Source of the DNA: Macrostomum lignano
Taxonomy: Eukaryota
Assembly (NCBI GenBank): GCA_002269645.1
Contig: NIVC01001911.1
Span: 158,676-222,675, forward strand
Direction of reading: 5' to 3'
DNA length: 64,000 nucleotides
The notes under the pieces were generated by a model. The model saw only the letters and a list, made by a program, of their open reading frames with translations. It was not told where the DNA came from and made no database searches. Numbering within the stretch: position 1 is the stretch's first letter; each line of letters begins with the position of its first letter. This document shows, piece after piece, positions 51,049-64,000 of the stretch. A program made the translations under genes and the position numbers.

Positions 51049-51787
51049 TATGTTTCGGACAGGCTGACTCAGTTGTTAACTCAAGCCTGAACTCAATTCC
51101 TTCAGCCTGAGACGTTGGCAGAACGGCATAAATAAAGAAAAATAGCTTCCAGTTGAGAGCAGGTGGCTGCAGTGTGGCCCAGCTCTTGCAGTCTTATCTA
51201 TTCCAAGCGCGGTAGAATCGCGGTCACCGGCTGCATGAAGTGTTTTTATGCCAGTCTTTATCAAGTCAAGATTGAGCAGCACGCCACAGTCACTAAGGCG
51301 CCTAGAAACGTTTTTCATGTCGAAAAAAAGTTCTGCAACTAATGCTTAAGAAGTGCATCTTAGTAATGTATGCCTCGCTTTTTGAGCAGATAAACAAACT
51401 TAAATTTAAAATTCACATTGAAGAGGTTATCTCAGGATTAGTGAGGAATTAGATTTTCCGCTTCAAAATCGAGGGCTAATAATGGGATCAAAATGTAGCA
51501 CGGGACAGCGCGGGAGCAATGGAGATCGGCATCAGAAAAATGCAAAGTGGCTCTCGCTTTTTAGTTCCACTAATTCTTTGAGAGTCTCTTGAGCTTCGAC
51601 TTAATTCTCCCTCCCTTTTGTGTTCAAAACACTATCCCGAATTTCGGACTCCCAGTTGAGCGCAAGGATCCAGAAGTCTGCCTTCCACTTCTGTCTGTCT
51701 TTTTAATTCGATCCTGGCGCTTCACTAAACAGCATTCTGACTAATTATGCTGTTCTTGGATTTCCCATCAGTCAGTTCAGCTGTTTA

Positions 51788-52768
51788 GAAGAGAGAGGTG
51801 GGGTAGGGGGAGAGGTGGTGGATATAGGAAAGAGGGAAAGTAGGGGGTAGGGGAGAGATGGGGTAGGGTAGAGAGGGCGTAGGATAAGGGAGAGAGGTGG
51901 GGTAGGGGAGAGAGGAGGTGGGGTAGGGGAGAGAAAAGGTGGGGTAGGGGAGAGAAAAGGTGGGGTAGGGGAGAGAAAAGGTGGGGTAGGGGAGAGAGGA
52001 GGTGGGGTAGGAGAGAGAAAAGGTGGGGTAGGAGAGAGAAAAGGTGGGGTAGGGGAGAGAGGAGGTGGGGTAGGGGAGAGAAAAGGTGGGGTAGGGGAGA
52101 GAAAAGGTGGGGTAGGGGAGAGAAAAGGTGGGGTAGGGGAGAGAAAAGGTGGGGTAGGGGAGAGAGGGGGGGTAGGGGAGAGAAAAGGTGGGTAGAGGAG
52201 AGAGGGGGGTAGGGGAGAGAGGAGGTGGGGTAGGGGAGAGAAAAGGTGGGGTAGGGGAGAGAAAAGGTGGGGTAGGGGAGAGAGGAGGTGGGGTAGGGGA
52301 GAGAAAAGGTGGGGTAGGGGAGAGAGGAGGTGGGGTAGGGGAGAGAAAAGGTGGGGTAGGGGAAAGAAAGGTGGGGTAGGGGAGAGAAAAGGTGGGGTAG
52401 GGGAGAGAGGAGGTGGGGTAGGGGAGAGAAAAGGTGGGGTAGGGGAGAGAAAAGGTGGGGTAGGGGAGAGAGGAGGTGGGGTAGGAGAGAGAAAAGGTGG
52501 GGTAGGAGAGAGAAAAGGTGGGGTAGGGGAGAGAGGAGGTGGGGTAGGGGAGAGAAAAGGTGGGGTAGGGGAGAGAAAAGGTGGGGTAGGGGAGAGAAAA
52601 GGTGGGGTAGGGGAGAGAAAAGGTGGGGTAGGGGAGAGAGGGGGGGGTAGGGGAGAGAAAAGGTGGGGTAGAGGAGAGAGGGGGGGTAGGGGAGAGAGGA
52701 GGTGGGGTAGGGGAGAGAAAAGGTGGGGTAGGGGAGAGAAAAGGTGGGGTAGGGGAGAGAGGGGGTAA
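51788..52768. repeat. G-rich 21-bp minisatellite (AGGTGGGGTAGGGGAGAGAAA)n
   Basis: Direct reading. Confidence 0.95.
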
Positions 52769-53164
52769 GGGCGCAGAAACAAGGTAACAGATGAGATAAG
52801 TGCAAGAAGGAGACTCCCGCCGCCGCCGCCGCCGCCGCCGCTGCCCCGAGAACCGAAAGTCGGCGCCGCCGATCATTTGTCTTATCTCATAAGAGTTGTG
52901 GAGTCGGGTTTGAAGAGTCTGAGATCGATGAGACGGAGAGACGGGAACATAAAGCCGCTGCAATCTGAATTATTTACCTTTTCAGAGAGAAAATAGCAGC
53001 CCGACTGATTTTGCAGCAACAAATGCACTTTTGTTCGCACGCATCAAAATCTGATCTCTTTGAAACTCGCCCAAAAGCCAGAGAGTATATGAAACAAACA
53101 AAGTGGCAGAGTGGCTAAATGCTGAGCATCTATTTGTGTGCAAATAAGCATTTAATATTTTCAG

Positions 53165-53410
<246 letters not shown>

Positions 53411-53959
53411 GGATAGATTTTGTACTCATTTTGAAGTACCCGCTGGGCCGAGAGAACCCGCCAATGCTAACTAATTGTTTTCAGTCATAGCAAAATTCAA
53501 AGGGCATTTGATCCTCTGCAAGTCTCAATTATGCGCATAGCAGTGCCTAAAAGCAGGGATTTGTTATCTAGAAATCCTTCAACTGAAGAGGTTCAGGAAG
53601 CCAGAACGAATGCGCAGAGCTTAAAACAAAGCCGGATTTCGAATGCCCCACCCCAAGAACCAGGCAATCAGCGGGAAATAGGATGTGAGAGACGGAAATC
53701 CGACAACCCAAAGCGGGATGAGAGGGAATCACGAAGGCACTCACATGGAAACAAACGGGCAGGAGACTCAGCACTTTGTCGCAGGACAACAGAAGCTGAA
53801 ATTAAATTTCCGCAACATTTTTTGTGACACTTGGCAACCTGTCTCAGACGTCAAGGCTGCTGAGTGTTGGGCTAATCTTCTGACAATAAAAACAGATTAA
53901 CTTTTCCAAATTACCGTTACATACAGCTGTGACTGACAGCTTCAATTGCACTAGTAGCC

Positions 53960-54610
53960 TTACTCCCAAATCATCAGCCTCACTCCCCAAACACCCACCT
54001 CACTCCCCAAACACACACCTCACTCCCTAAGCACCAACCTCACTCCCCCAACACCCACCTCACTCCCAAACACCCACCCCACTCCCCAAACACCAACCTC
54101 ACTCCCGAAACACCCATCTCACGCCCCAAACACCCATTTCACTCCCTAAACACTCATCTCACTCCCAAAACACCCACTTCACTTTCCAAACACCCGCCTC
54201 ACTTTCCAAACACACACCTCACTCCCCAAATACCAATTTCACTCCCCAAACACCCACCTCACTCCCCAAACACCCGTCTCACTTTCCAAACACGCAACTC
54301 CCTTTCCAAACACGCACCTCACTTTCCAAACACACACCTCACTTTCCAAACACACACCTCACTTTCCAAACACGCACCTCACTTTCCAAACACGCACCTC
54401 ACTTTCCAAACACGCACCTCACTTTCCAAACACGCACCTCACTTTCCAAACACGCACCTCACTTTCCAAACACGCACCTCACTTTCCAAACACGCACCTC
54501 ACTTTCCAAACACACACCTCACTTTCCAAACACACACCTCACTTTCCAAACACGCACCTCACTTTCGAAACACGCACCTCACTTTCCAAACACGCACCTC
54601 ACTTTCCAAA
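53960..54610. repeat. 20-bp minisatellite (CACTTTCCAAACACGCACCT)n, degenerate on the left
   Basis: Direct reading. Confidence 0.93.
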
Positions 54611-54651
54611 GACTAAAATAATCAAAATTCTTTTGGAAACCCATCGTCAAT

Positions 54652-54821
54652 CAGCAGGACTTTTTGGCCCCGCCGGGATCTCAGGAGAGGCGCCACTCAG
54701 ATCACGGAGCCTACCGCCGAGCAGGCAGCAACGGTGGCGCTAGCGGCGGCGGCAGCAGCGTCTCGCCAATTCGAACCATGGTGATTAGCGCGCCAAGAAT
54801 TCAGATCACGTCGTCAAGGAA
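54652..54821 (+). CDS. Possible internal exon (QQDFLAPPGSQERRHSD...SAPRIQITSSR) of the unidentified gene
   Basis: GC-rich open frame ending at AA|gtgagc; acceptor position uncertain. Confidence 0.3.
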
Positions 54822-55185
54822 GTGAGCAAAAAGTCGTTGTATACTGTATTATTGATGTCGCGGTAAACTTGAAACTACTAATAGTAGGTTTTATTAAATG
54901 TACTATTAAGTATTTTTAAGCAATACTGCTGGCGCTTAGCAGTTTAAAGCGAAATTCAGGGCCTCAGAGCTGGTTTTGGGACGAATGTTGCAGAAGGCGT
55001 TGCTCTCAGCTACGAGTATTTTCAATTTCTCTGCCTGGCAACTTTAGTGTTGACACTTTTTTTGAAAAAAAACTGAAAAACAAACGAATCAGTCTACTAT
55101 CTAGCTTATGTGCAGTAGCACATTTTTGTTGTAGTAGTAGCATATTGGTTGTCGCACACGAGTGTCGGATAAAAATTCAAGTGGG

Positions 55186-55900
55186 GAGACAGTGACAAGA
55201 GACAGTGACAGGAGACAGTGACAAGAGACAGTGACAGGAGACAGTGACAGGAGACAGTGACAAGAGACAGTGACAGGAGACAGTGACAGGAGACAGTGAC
55301 AGGAGACAGTGACAGGAGACAGTGACAGGAGACAGTGACAGGAGACATTGACAGGAGACAGTGACAGGAGACAGTGACAAGAGACAGTGACAAGAGACAG
55401 TGACAGGAGACAGTGACAAGAGACAGTGACAGGAGACAGTGACAGGAGACAGTGACAGGAGACAGTGACAGGAGACAGTGACAAGAGACAGTGACAGGAG
55501 ACAGTGACAGGAGACAGTGACAGGAGACAGTGACAGGAGACAGTGACAGGAGACAGTGACAGGAGACAGTGACAGGAGACAGTGACAGGAGACAGTGACA
55601 GGAGACAGTGACAGGAGACAGTGACAGGAGACAGTGACAGGAGACAGTGACAGGAGACAGTGACAGGAGACAGTGACAGGAGACAGTGACAGGAGACAGT
55701 GACAGGAGACAGTGACAGGAGACAGTGACAGGAGACAGTGACAGGAGACAGTGACAGGAGACAGTGACAGGAGACAGTGACAGGAGACAGTGACAGGAGA
55801 CAGTGACAGGAGACAGTGACAGGAGACAGTGACAGGAGACAGTGTCAGGAGACAGTGACAGGAGACAGTGACAAGAGACAGTGACAGGAGACAGTGTCAG
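55186..55900. repeat. 13-bp minisatellite (GGAGACAGTGACA)n
   Basis: Direct reading. Confidence 0.97.
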
Positions 55901-56589
55901 GAGATATCAGGCAGAGTGCGGCCCTGGAGTAAAAAATGCATGCATTTCCCCACCCAGCTCATGCTCCCAGGACACGCGAGGCAGGCAAGGGTGGATTCTG
56001 GAACAGGACAGACCCCAACCAACACGCGGGCCACATTTCGCTGCCTGACTAATTCATGATCACGCCGAGCCATTAGCGAAAAATTTTAAGAGCCTCCCTG
56101 TTTGGGAGGGATGGTGAATGCAGCTCCACTCCGCTACAGGGACCTCTGCTTTCTGAATTCTAAATTCTGCATTCCAACCCCTGCCATCTTACAGACAGTC
56201 ACACTCGACTACAAAGCCCCATTTTCTTCTCAGTCTACTGTCGCTGCCACAGCACGCCTCGATGTGCGCACAACTTACCCCTTAATCCGCTGCTGACAAT
56301 TGCCGCTGGCAGATTAGAGAATCTGATAGGCCCCGTGCGAGCCTGATGGCGTGGCCGGGCTCAGAGATTCAGATTTGTTGTGCTCCAAATATCCATTTCT
56401 CTCTGCCTGACTCTTATACATTTGAATAATTTTGATGTGTTTTTTGCATCTGGGTAGCATCGTATCAATCTGGGTGGTGTCTGCGCATGAAATTTAATGC
56501 TCAAAAAGCTTTTCTCCTGCTGTAGAATTTGAGTACACAGCGAATCTCTGCTGCTTTTTAGAAACCTCTTCCCCGATATTAGCTCATCA

Positions 56590-57164
56590 CTCTCGCTCTC
56601 CCTCTCCTCTCTCTCTCTCTCCTCTTTCTCTTCTATCTACCTCTCTCATCTCCTCTCTCCCTCTTCTATCTCCCTCTCCTCTCCTCTCTCCCTCTTCTAT
56701 CTCCCTCTCCTCTCCTCTCTCCCTCTTCTATCTCCCCCTCCTCTCCTCTCTCCCTCTTCTATCCCCCTTTCCTCTCTCTCCTCTACTCGCTCCTTCTTCT
56801 ATCTCCCTCTCTCTTCTCTTCTCTCCTCTTTCTCTTCCATCTACATGTACCACTCTCCTCTCCTCTCTCTCTTCTATCTCCCTCTCTCTCCTTTCCTCTC
56901 TCTCTTCTATCTCCCTCTCTCTCCTCTCCTCTCTCCCTCTTCTATCTCCCTCTCCTCTCTCCTCTCCTCTCCACCTCTTCTCTCTCCCTCTCTCTCCTCT
57001 ACTCGCTCCTTCTTCTATCTCCCTCTCTCTTCTCTTCCTCTCCTTTCTCTCCTCTCTCTCTCTCTTCTATCTACCACTCTCCTCTCCTCTCTCCCTCTTC
57101 TATCTACCACTCTCCTCTCCTCTCTCCCTCTTCTATCTACCACTCTCCTCTCCTCTCTCCTCTC

Positions 57165-57258
<94 letters not shown>

Positions 57259-57609
57259 ATCTCCCTCTCCTCTCCTCTCCTCTCTTCTATCTACCTCTTT
57301 CCTCTTCTCTCCACCTCTTCTCTCTCCCTCTCTCTCCTCTACTCGCTCCTTCTTCTATCTCCCTCTCTCTTCTCTTCTCTCCTCTTTCTCTTCCATCTAC
57401 ATGTACCCCTCTCCTCTCCTCTCTCTCTTCTATCTCCCTCTCTCTCCTTTCCTCTCTCTCTTCTATCTCCCTCTCTCTCCTCTACTCGCTCCTTCTTCTA
57501 TCTCCCTCTCTCTTCTCTTCCTCTCCTTTCTCTCCTCTCTCTCTCTCTTCTATCTACCACTCTCCTCTCTCCCTCTTCTATCTACCACTCTCCTCTCCTC
57601 TCTCCTCTC

Positions 57610-57685
<76 letters not shown>

Positions 57686-58700
57686 ATCTCCCTCTCCTCT
57701 CCTCTCCTCTCTTCTATCTACCTCTTTCCTCTTCTCTCCACCTCTTCTCTCTCCCTCTCTCTCCTCTACTCGCTCCTTCTTCTATCTCCCTCTCTCTTCT
57801 CTTCTCTCCTCTTTCTCTTCCATCTACATGTACCCCTCTCCTCTCCTCTCTCTCTTCTATCTCCCTCTCTCTCCTTTCCTCTCTCTCTTCTATCTCCCTC
57901 TCTCTCTCTCCTCTCTCCTCTCTCTCTATCTTCCTCTCCTCTCTCTCTCCTCTCCTCCTCTTCTCTCCTCTCTCTCTCTCTTCTCTCTCCTCTCTCTCTC
58001 TCTCTCTCTTCTCCCTCTCCTCTCCTCTCCTCTCTTCTATCTCCCTCTCCTCTCCTCTCCTCTCTTCCTACCTCTTTCCTCTTCTCTCCACCTCTCCTCT
58101 CCCCTCTCCTCTCTTCTATCTATCTTCCTCTCTCTTCTCTTCCTCTCCTCTCTCTCCTCTCTCTCTTCTATTTACCTCTCTCCTCTCCTCTCTCCCTCTT
58201 CTATCTACCTCTCTCCTCTCCTCTCTCCCTCTTCTATCTACCTCTCTCCTCTCCTCTCTCCTCTCCTCTCTCTTCCTATCCCTTTCTCTCTCTTCTCCTT
58301 TCTCTCTTCTATCTACCTCTCTCCTCTTCTCTAAACCTCTTTTATCTCTCTCTCCTCTCCTCTCTCTCTTCTTTCTTTATCTTTCTTCTCCGCTCACTCC
58401 ACCTCTTCTCTCTCCCTCTCTCTCCTCTACTCTCTCCCTTTGCTCTCCAAATTCTTGCATGTATTCTCCCTCTTCATGTTAGCCTTGGGAAAGAATATAA
58501 AATATTCGAAATATCGGCACTTACAGCGCTTAAACATATTTGTTAATATTTCAGTGCTTTGGGGGGGGCTTGAACACTTTTCCCTCCCTCCCCCTCTCCT
58601 TTTCCTCTCCCCTCTCTACCTCTCGTCTCTCACTCTCTTCTTCGCATCTCTCTCCCTTTCCCCGCTCTCACTCCCTCACTCCCTCTCCTCTCTCTTATCT
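56590..58700. repeat. CT-rich polypyrimidine tract with higher-order internal duplications
   Basis: Marker CCATCTACATGTAC recurs near 56837, 57393 and 57820. Confidence 0.93.
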
Positions 58701-59422
58701 CTCTCTTTTCTCACAGGCTACCCATTCGAGGTAAATTCAAGTACTTTTCCCACCTTTTGAAAAACTATAAATATTTTTCTACCATTAAAGCCCGGCTTTC
58801 TTCCTCCTCAGTGAGGATATTTTGGTAAAAATAATTCATCCGAAGCGAGAAAGATTTGGATGCAAAAATAATTGCTGCTTTGAGGCTGCTGCGCAAGAGA
58901 CCCGCTTGGCTGAGCATGAGGAACACTGGTGAATGCAAAACTCAAAGAGGGATGCAGGGGGCAGAAGAAGGGAGCTTGCCAAGGTGGCTTCCCCAATTTT
59001 CCCAGGAAATCGGCCCCAAACCTTCCCCGCCACTTAAAATTGCTTGCCTCCTCTACCTGGTTTTTAGCAGCTGGCTTCCGTATTTCTTTGTGTTTGACTT
59101 CCTGCCTCAGTAGGGAAGCGAGGAGGATGATTTAGGTAACGCCTCTTGCACCTGCTTCTTAAATCCCAGGTGCGCCAGAATCACTGCGGGATTAATAATC
59201 ATTATTTTAATTTTTATCATTTTGATTGCTGCAAATTTGGCTCTGAATCGAAACCTATTTTGTTTGAAAATCCTGGCTAACAGAATGAAAGTGTTTCATT
59301 TTTTGATCGAATCCTCTGCAATAATTTGTCCCCTAAACAGTGTAGGGGAAAAGCTGCATACACATCCAGAAACGACCTCCTATCTCCATGTGGCGCTGTA
59401 ACTTAAATATATAAACCTTTGA

Positions 59423-59785
59423 ACACGCGACAACTCGCAGAAACACAACCCTAATCAGACACGACAACTCGCAGAAACACAACCCTCATCAGACACGACA
59501 ACTCACAGAAACACAACCCTAATCAGACACGACAACTCACAGAAACACAACCCTAATCAGACACGACAACTCACAGAAACACAACCCTAATCAGACACGA
59601 CAACTCACAGAAACACAACCCTAATCAGACACGACAACTCACAGAAACACAACCCTAATCAGACACGACAACTCACAGAAACACAACCCTAATCAGACAC
59701 GACAACTCACAGAAACACAACCCTAATCAGACACGACAACTCACAGAAACACAACCCTAATCAGACACGACAACTCACAGAAACA
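59423..59785. repeat. 34-bp minisatellite (ACACGACAACTCACAGAAACACAACCCTAATCAG)n, about 10 units
   Basis: Direct reading; no spacers. Confidence 0.95.
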
Positions 59786-60314
59786 ATCTTCAATAGACCC
59801 AAATTCGCACAAGTGCAAGAGAAGCACAGAATCTCCACTTCAATCACGGATAATTTGGCATCGAAGAGCTTCAGGGATTTGCTCAATCAGTCCAAATCTG
59901 CCAAATCGGATTGTAGCTGCAGAGCATTATCGCAACCAGCTCTACATCACTGCCAGTTAGACAGCAGATATTTAAGACAAAATCTGATTTTCATCAAATA
60001 AAACTCTCTTCAAAGGAATAGCAGCTAATATAGAACTGGAGCAGCCTTCGAGAAGAGATTAGGGGGTAGTGTGGAGGGTCCTTGAGCAGCTGAAACGCTA
60101 ATGACAAGCGAGGAACAGACGCGAGCATGCCCCAGAAGAGGCCGCTTGCTGTGTATCCATCTGTTTTAAAATCGTTCCTACATTTGTTCGTCCAATCAGA
60201 GAGCGTCCTCAAACTCGTATCTGCCGGACTCTATAAATCCAGAGAACTCAAGCCCTTAGCTAAAATAAAATAGAGGTGTAAAACTAAATATTGTTGAATA
60301 ATTGAATAAGATAA

Positions 60315-60567
60315 TTATGGAAAACTCCGCTGAGGACTCGGCCTCATCGACTGGCGGCGGCGAGCAGCACCTGTGGAGCACTGGAAGCGGCTCGATCCGG
60401 CTGAAACCTCTGTCCGGTCCGACCATTGTTCTCGAGGGCGTGTCCGGCAAACTTCCCGGCAGCTTGCACAGCTTGTCCGACATGACGGAATGGAGAAAGA
60501 GGCGGCATCTGTTGAGAATCTCCAAGTCGGACTGTTCACCAGCTTTCCTGGAAAATCGCGTTCTGGG
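60315..60567 (+). CDS. Possible exon (ENSAEDSASSTGGG...RISKSDCSPAFLENRVL) of the unidentified gene
   Basis: Open GC-rich frame ending at CTGG|gtgaga, just before the next array; 5' boundary uncertain. Confidence 0.25.
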
Positions 60568-60596
60568 TGAGAGGCGCTGAGAGAGAGGATTCAGAG

Positions 60597-61085
60597 GATG
60601 TCAGACGGTTATGTAAATCCTAGAGTTCACGACAATGTCAGACATTTATGTAAATCTCAGTTCATGACAATGTCAGACATTTATGGTAAATCTCAATTCA
60701 TGACTATGTCAGACATTTATGGTAAATCTCAATTCATGACAATGTCAGACATTTATGGTAAATCTCAATTCATGACAATGTCAGACATTTATGGTAAATC
60801 TCAATTCATGACAATGTCAGACATTTATGGTAAATCTCAATTCATGACAATGTCAGACATTTAGGTAAATCTCAATTCATGACAATGTCAGACATTTAGG
60901 TAAATCTCAATTCATGACATTGTCAGACATTTATGTAAATCTCAGTTCATGACAATGTCAGACATTTATGGTAAATCTCAATTCATGACATTGTCAGACA
61001 TTTATGTAAATCTCAGTTCATGACAATGTCAGACATTTAGGTAAATCCCAATTCATGACAATGTCAGACATTTAGGTAAATCCCA
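60597..61085. repeat. 35-36-bp minisatellite (ATGACAATGTCAGACATTTATGGTAAATCTCAATTC)n
   Basis: Direct reading; each unit has an AATGTC-A-GACATT dyad. Confidence 0.95.
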
Positions 61086-62424
61086 ACATTCAGGTAGTCC
61101 AATCTCATTCAGGAGGTCAGACAGACAGGTGATTTAATTAATTAATACGCCTTGAGAGCAAGAAGTTATTCTGCCAAATTCGTCTGCCAAAATCATTACT
61201 TTCTCGATGTACTTTATCTCTGAGAGTCAACAGTGAAAGCATTGCATGGAAATGACAATGGGGAAAACTCTTTCTGCAGCGAGGCAACAAGGAGACAGTC
61301 AAACAATACGACTTGAAGCCGGATGAACTCAGCTAAGCAAAAAAGAGCATACCGGAAACTCTGCTCAGCACTTCCAGTTCCTCGCAGCTTCCAGTGTCTC
61401 TTCTGTACAGCAAAAATTTGATTGCTTTGCAAGGGAAATCAAGGTTGTCACGAGCTGGTGAAGGGAGGAGAATGGCGTATTTAGGAACAATGGAGCACCC
61501 GATTGGTAGATGGTAGATGCAAGACTGGTGTACTGTTTTCACTGCTTTTCTGCCTATATAGTGCTGATTCCTGAGCAGATGCAAGCGAGTCAATTCTGTG
61601 CACGGACCCGCACTCATACACACAACACACAATTTTCCACACCCGCCACTTTACCTTTTTACAAGCTACAATTTACCTAATAGCTTTAAGCACTAGATGT
61701 GTGTTTTTACGGACGCTAGTCCTCTACCCGGCACAAGGTGCCTCGACCATCACAATGTTGCAGGTTTTGCAACATTGTGGCGGCTCAGAAATCTGACACT
61801 CTCTGCGTCTTTGTGAAGCCAATTCTTTGCTCTGAAGCAGAAAGACAGTCACGCGGTCTCAGAAATAAGTCTCGATGTGTTTGTGTAGCCTGCTTCGAAT
61901 TCTGCAAGACCTCTCGACAGCTGACACCCTTTAATAAGTCTCCTACACTGTCAGACCTTCGTTAGCAAAGTTCCGCGATAATCTTCATCGAATAGGATAT
62001 TGAAAACCCTTTTTGCGCTTAATTTCCTGAGCTGATAAAGCAAAGGCAGGCCAAAGTCATTATCTATTTAGAAAGGGTGTTGACTGCGTCATCGAGCCGG
62101 TCCCAGTAGCCAAGATGAATGTTCACAAAGAGTTTTTTGCAATTTTCTTGAATTCTACCTGGAGCAGAGAAGGAGGGGGGCTATGAATGAAAAGAACTCA
62201 AAATTAGTCAATAAGAAAAAGAGCCTTTAAGTTAGATTTAATTATTTACACCCGCTTCCCCGTCTATCGAATAATATCTAATCAGAATAAATAATTATTA
62301 GTTAGATGTCCAGATGATACTACTCTACCGCTTAAGTAGTATGTAAGACAAATAGGCTTTTGTAATTTTTCTTACCGCGACGAAGGCAGAAGGAATACTC
62401 TCATAGGACTGTGGGATCAAAAGA

Positions 62425-63260
62425 AAGAGAGAGAATGAGAAATAAAAAGCATGAGAGAGAGAGCATGAGAAAGAGAGAGAGAGCATAAGAAGAGAGAGAG
62501 AGCATGAGAAAAAGAGAGAGCGTGAGAAAGAGAGAGAGAGCATGAGAAAGAGAGAGAGAGAGAGAGCATGAGAAAGAGAGAGAGAGAGAGCATGAGAAAG
62601 AGAGAGCATAAGAAAGAGAGAGAGAGAGAGAGAGCATGAGAAAGAGAGAGAGAGCATGAGAAAGAGAGAGCATGAGAAAGAAAGAGAGAGCATGAGAAAG
62701 AGAGAGAGAGCATGAGAAAGAGAGAGAGAGAGCATGAGAAAGAGAGAGAGAGCATGAGAAAGAGAGAGAGAGCATGAGAAAAAGAGAGCGTGAGAAGAGA
62801 GAGAGAGCATGAGAAAAAGAGAGAGCGTGAGAAAGAGAGAGAGAGCATGAGAAGAGAGAGAGAGAGAGAGCATGAGAAAGAGAGAGAGAGAGCATGAGAA
62901 AGAGAGAGCATAAGAAAGAGAGAGAGAGAGAGCATGAGAAAGAGAGAGAGCGTGAGAAAGAGAGAGAGCGTGAGAAAGAGAGAGAGCGTGAGAAAGAGAG
63001 AGAGCATGAGAAAGAGAGAGAGCGTGAGAAAGAGAGAGAGCATGAGAAAGAGAGAGAGAGAGCATGAGAAAGAGAGAGAGAGCATGAGAAAGAGAGAGAG
63101 CATGAGAAAGAGAGAGAGAGAGCATGAGAAAGAGAGAGAGAGCATGAGAAAGAGAGAGATAGCCATGAGAAAGAGAAAGTGAGCATGAGAAAGAGAGAGG
63201 GCATGATATAGAGATATAGCATGAGAAAGAGAGAAGGCATGAGATAGAGAGAACATGAGA
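62425..63260. repeat. GA-rich repeat (GAGAGCATGAGAAAGA variants)
   Basis: Direct reading. Confidence 0.95.
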
Positions 63261-63804
63261 AAAAAGAAGGAAGCAGATGCGTGAGCCAGCACATTGTGTT
63301 AATATTTTTCGGCCAGTAAAATATTCTAAAAAATGAGTTTTTTTCATCCCATAGCTTCAATGCGAATCGCATGCAATTCGGAAAAGTGGCCACAGTACAC
63401 AGGAAGAGATCAAGTAAAGGAACTGTTTTCCTAGTTTCCCAACCCTTCCACACAGAGAGAATATCGCCCCGCAAAACCATGTACCGCGCTATTGACCTTC
63501 AGCTTCAGACCCCGCTGTGCTGTGTCACGATCTATTATGTGTGACCAGCTCTCATCTAATCCATTCCGTCTGTTGGTTGCATAAAAAACTTTTTCCACGG
63601 CTTGTCCGAGTGAGGAGGAGCCATCTTAGGACTCATTTTTCCCTGCTCACGGGCAACCTTTTTTTTCAATTCTGCGCAAATGCGCCCTTGCACTGTGGGA
63701 GCTGACAGGAAGCCTTGCTGGGGGGGGGGGGGCAGAGCCGCCACCAGGGTCAATATGGGCTGTTGAAATATACATACTAGAGATTCTATGCTCGACCTCT
63801 ATCT

Positions 63805-64000
63805 CACCCTTTTATCTCACCCACTATCTCACTCCCTATCTCACTCCCTATCTCACTCCCTATCTCACTCCCTATCTCACTCCTATCTCACTTACTCACT
63901 CCCTTATTCTCACTCCCTATCTCACTCCCTATCTCACTCCCTATCTCACTCCCTATCTCACTCCCTATCTCACTCCCTATCTCACTCCCTATCTCACTCC
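63805..64000. repeat. 12-bp repeat (ATCTCACTCCCT)n running off the window end
   Basis: Direct reading. Confidence 0.93.

Noticed and set aside
59423-59785. CRISPR-like 34-bp repeat; also contains telomere-like AACCCTAA
   Set aside because: Units are contiguous with no unique spacers, there are no cas genes, the context is eukaryotic, and there is only one CCCTAA per unit
60597-61085. 36-bp dyad-containing repeat resembling a CRISPR direct repeat or a 12-aa coding repeat
   Set aside because: No spacers; 35-bp variants break the frame; it follows a splice-donor-like site, so it is probably intronic

Overview
Repeat-rich animal genomic DNA with spliced genes. A ciliated invertebrate such as a macrostomid flatworm is plausible, but this is inference only. 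Two conserved ciliary genes on the minus strand bracket the first half: DAW1/ODA16 (4 exons visible, 3' end off-window) and B9D2 (complete, 2 exons, GC-AG intron). Between them lies a transposon-dense island. It holds a foldback element with a 9-bp TSD at the DAW1 promoter, an Ingi-like LINE with a 2A peptide and PHD fingers embedded in (CAA)n, a Penelope-like element with inverted repeats carrying minimal hammerhead ribozymes, and several MITEs and SINEs. The island also holds two unusual host genes. The first is an apparently intronless, roughly 2,260-codon fusion (2 RRM-like, 14 CCCH fingers, DEAH helicase, RING/IBR, PARP-like ART, 2 WWE) whose 3' quarter is split by six same-direction -1 frameshifts. 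The second is a secreted prepro-protein with a His-rich motif and Gly/Ser repeats. The second half is mostly mini- and microsatellites, with a truncated Mag-type Ty3/Gypsy element inside a 20-bp array and scattered exon-like islands of an unidentified gene. Most long ORFs in the supplied track are repeat artefacts.
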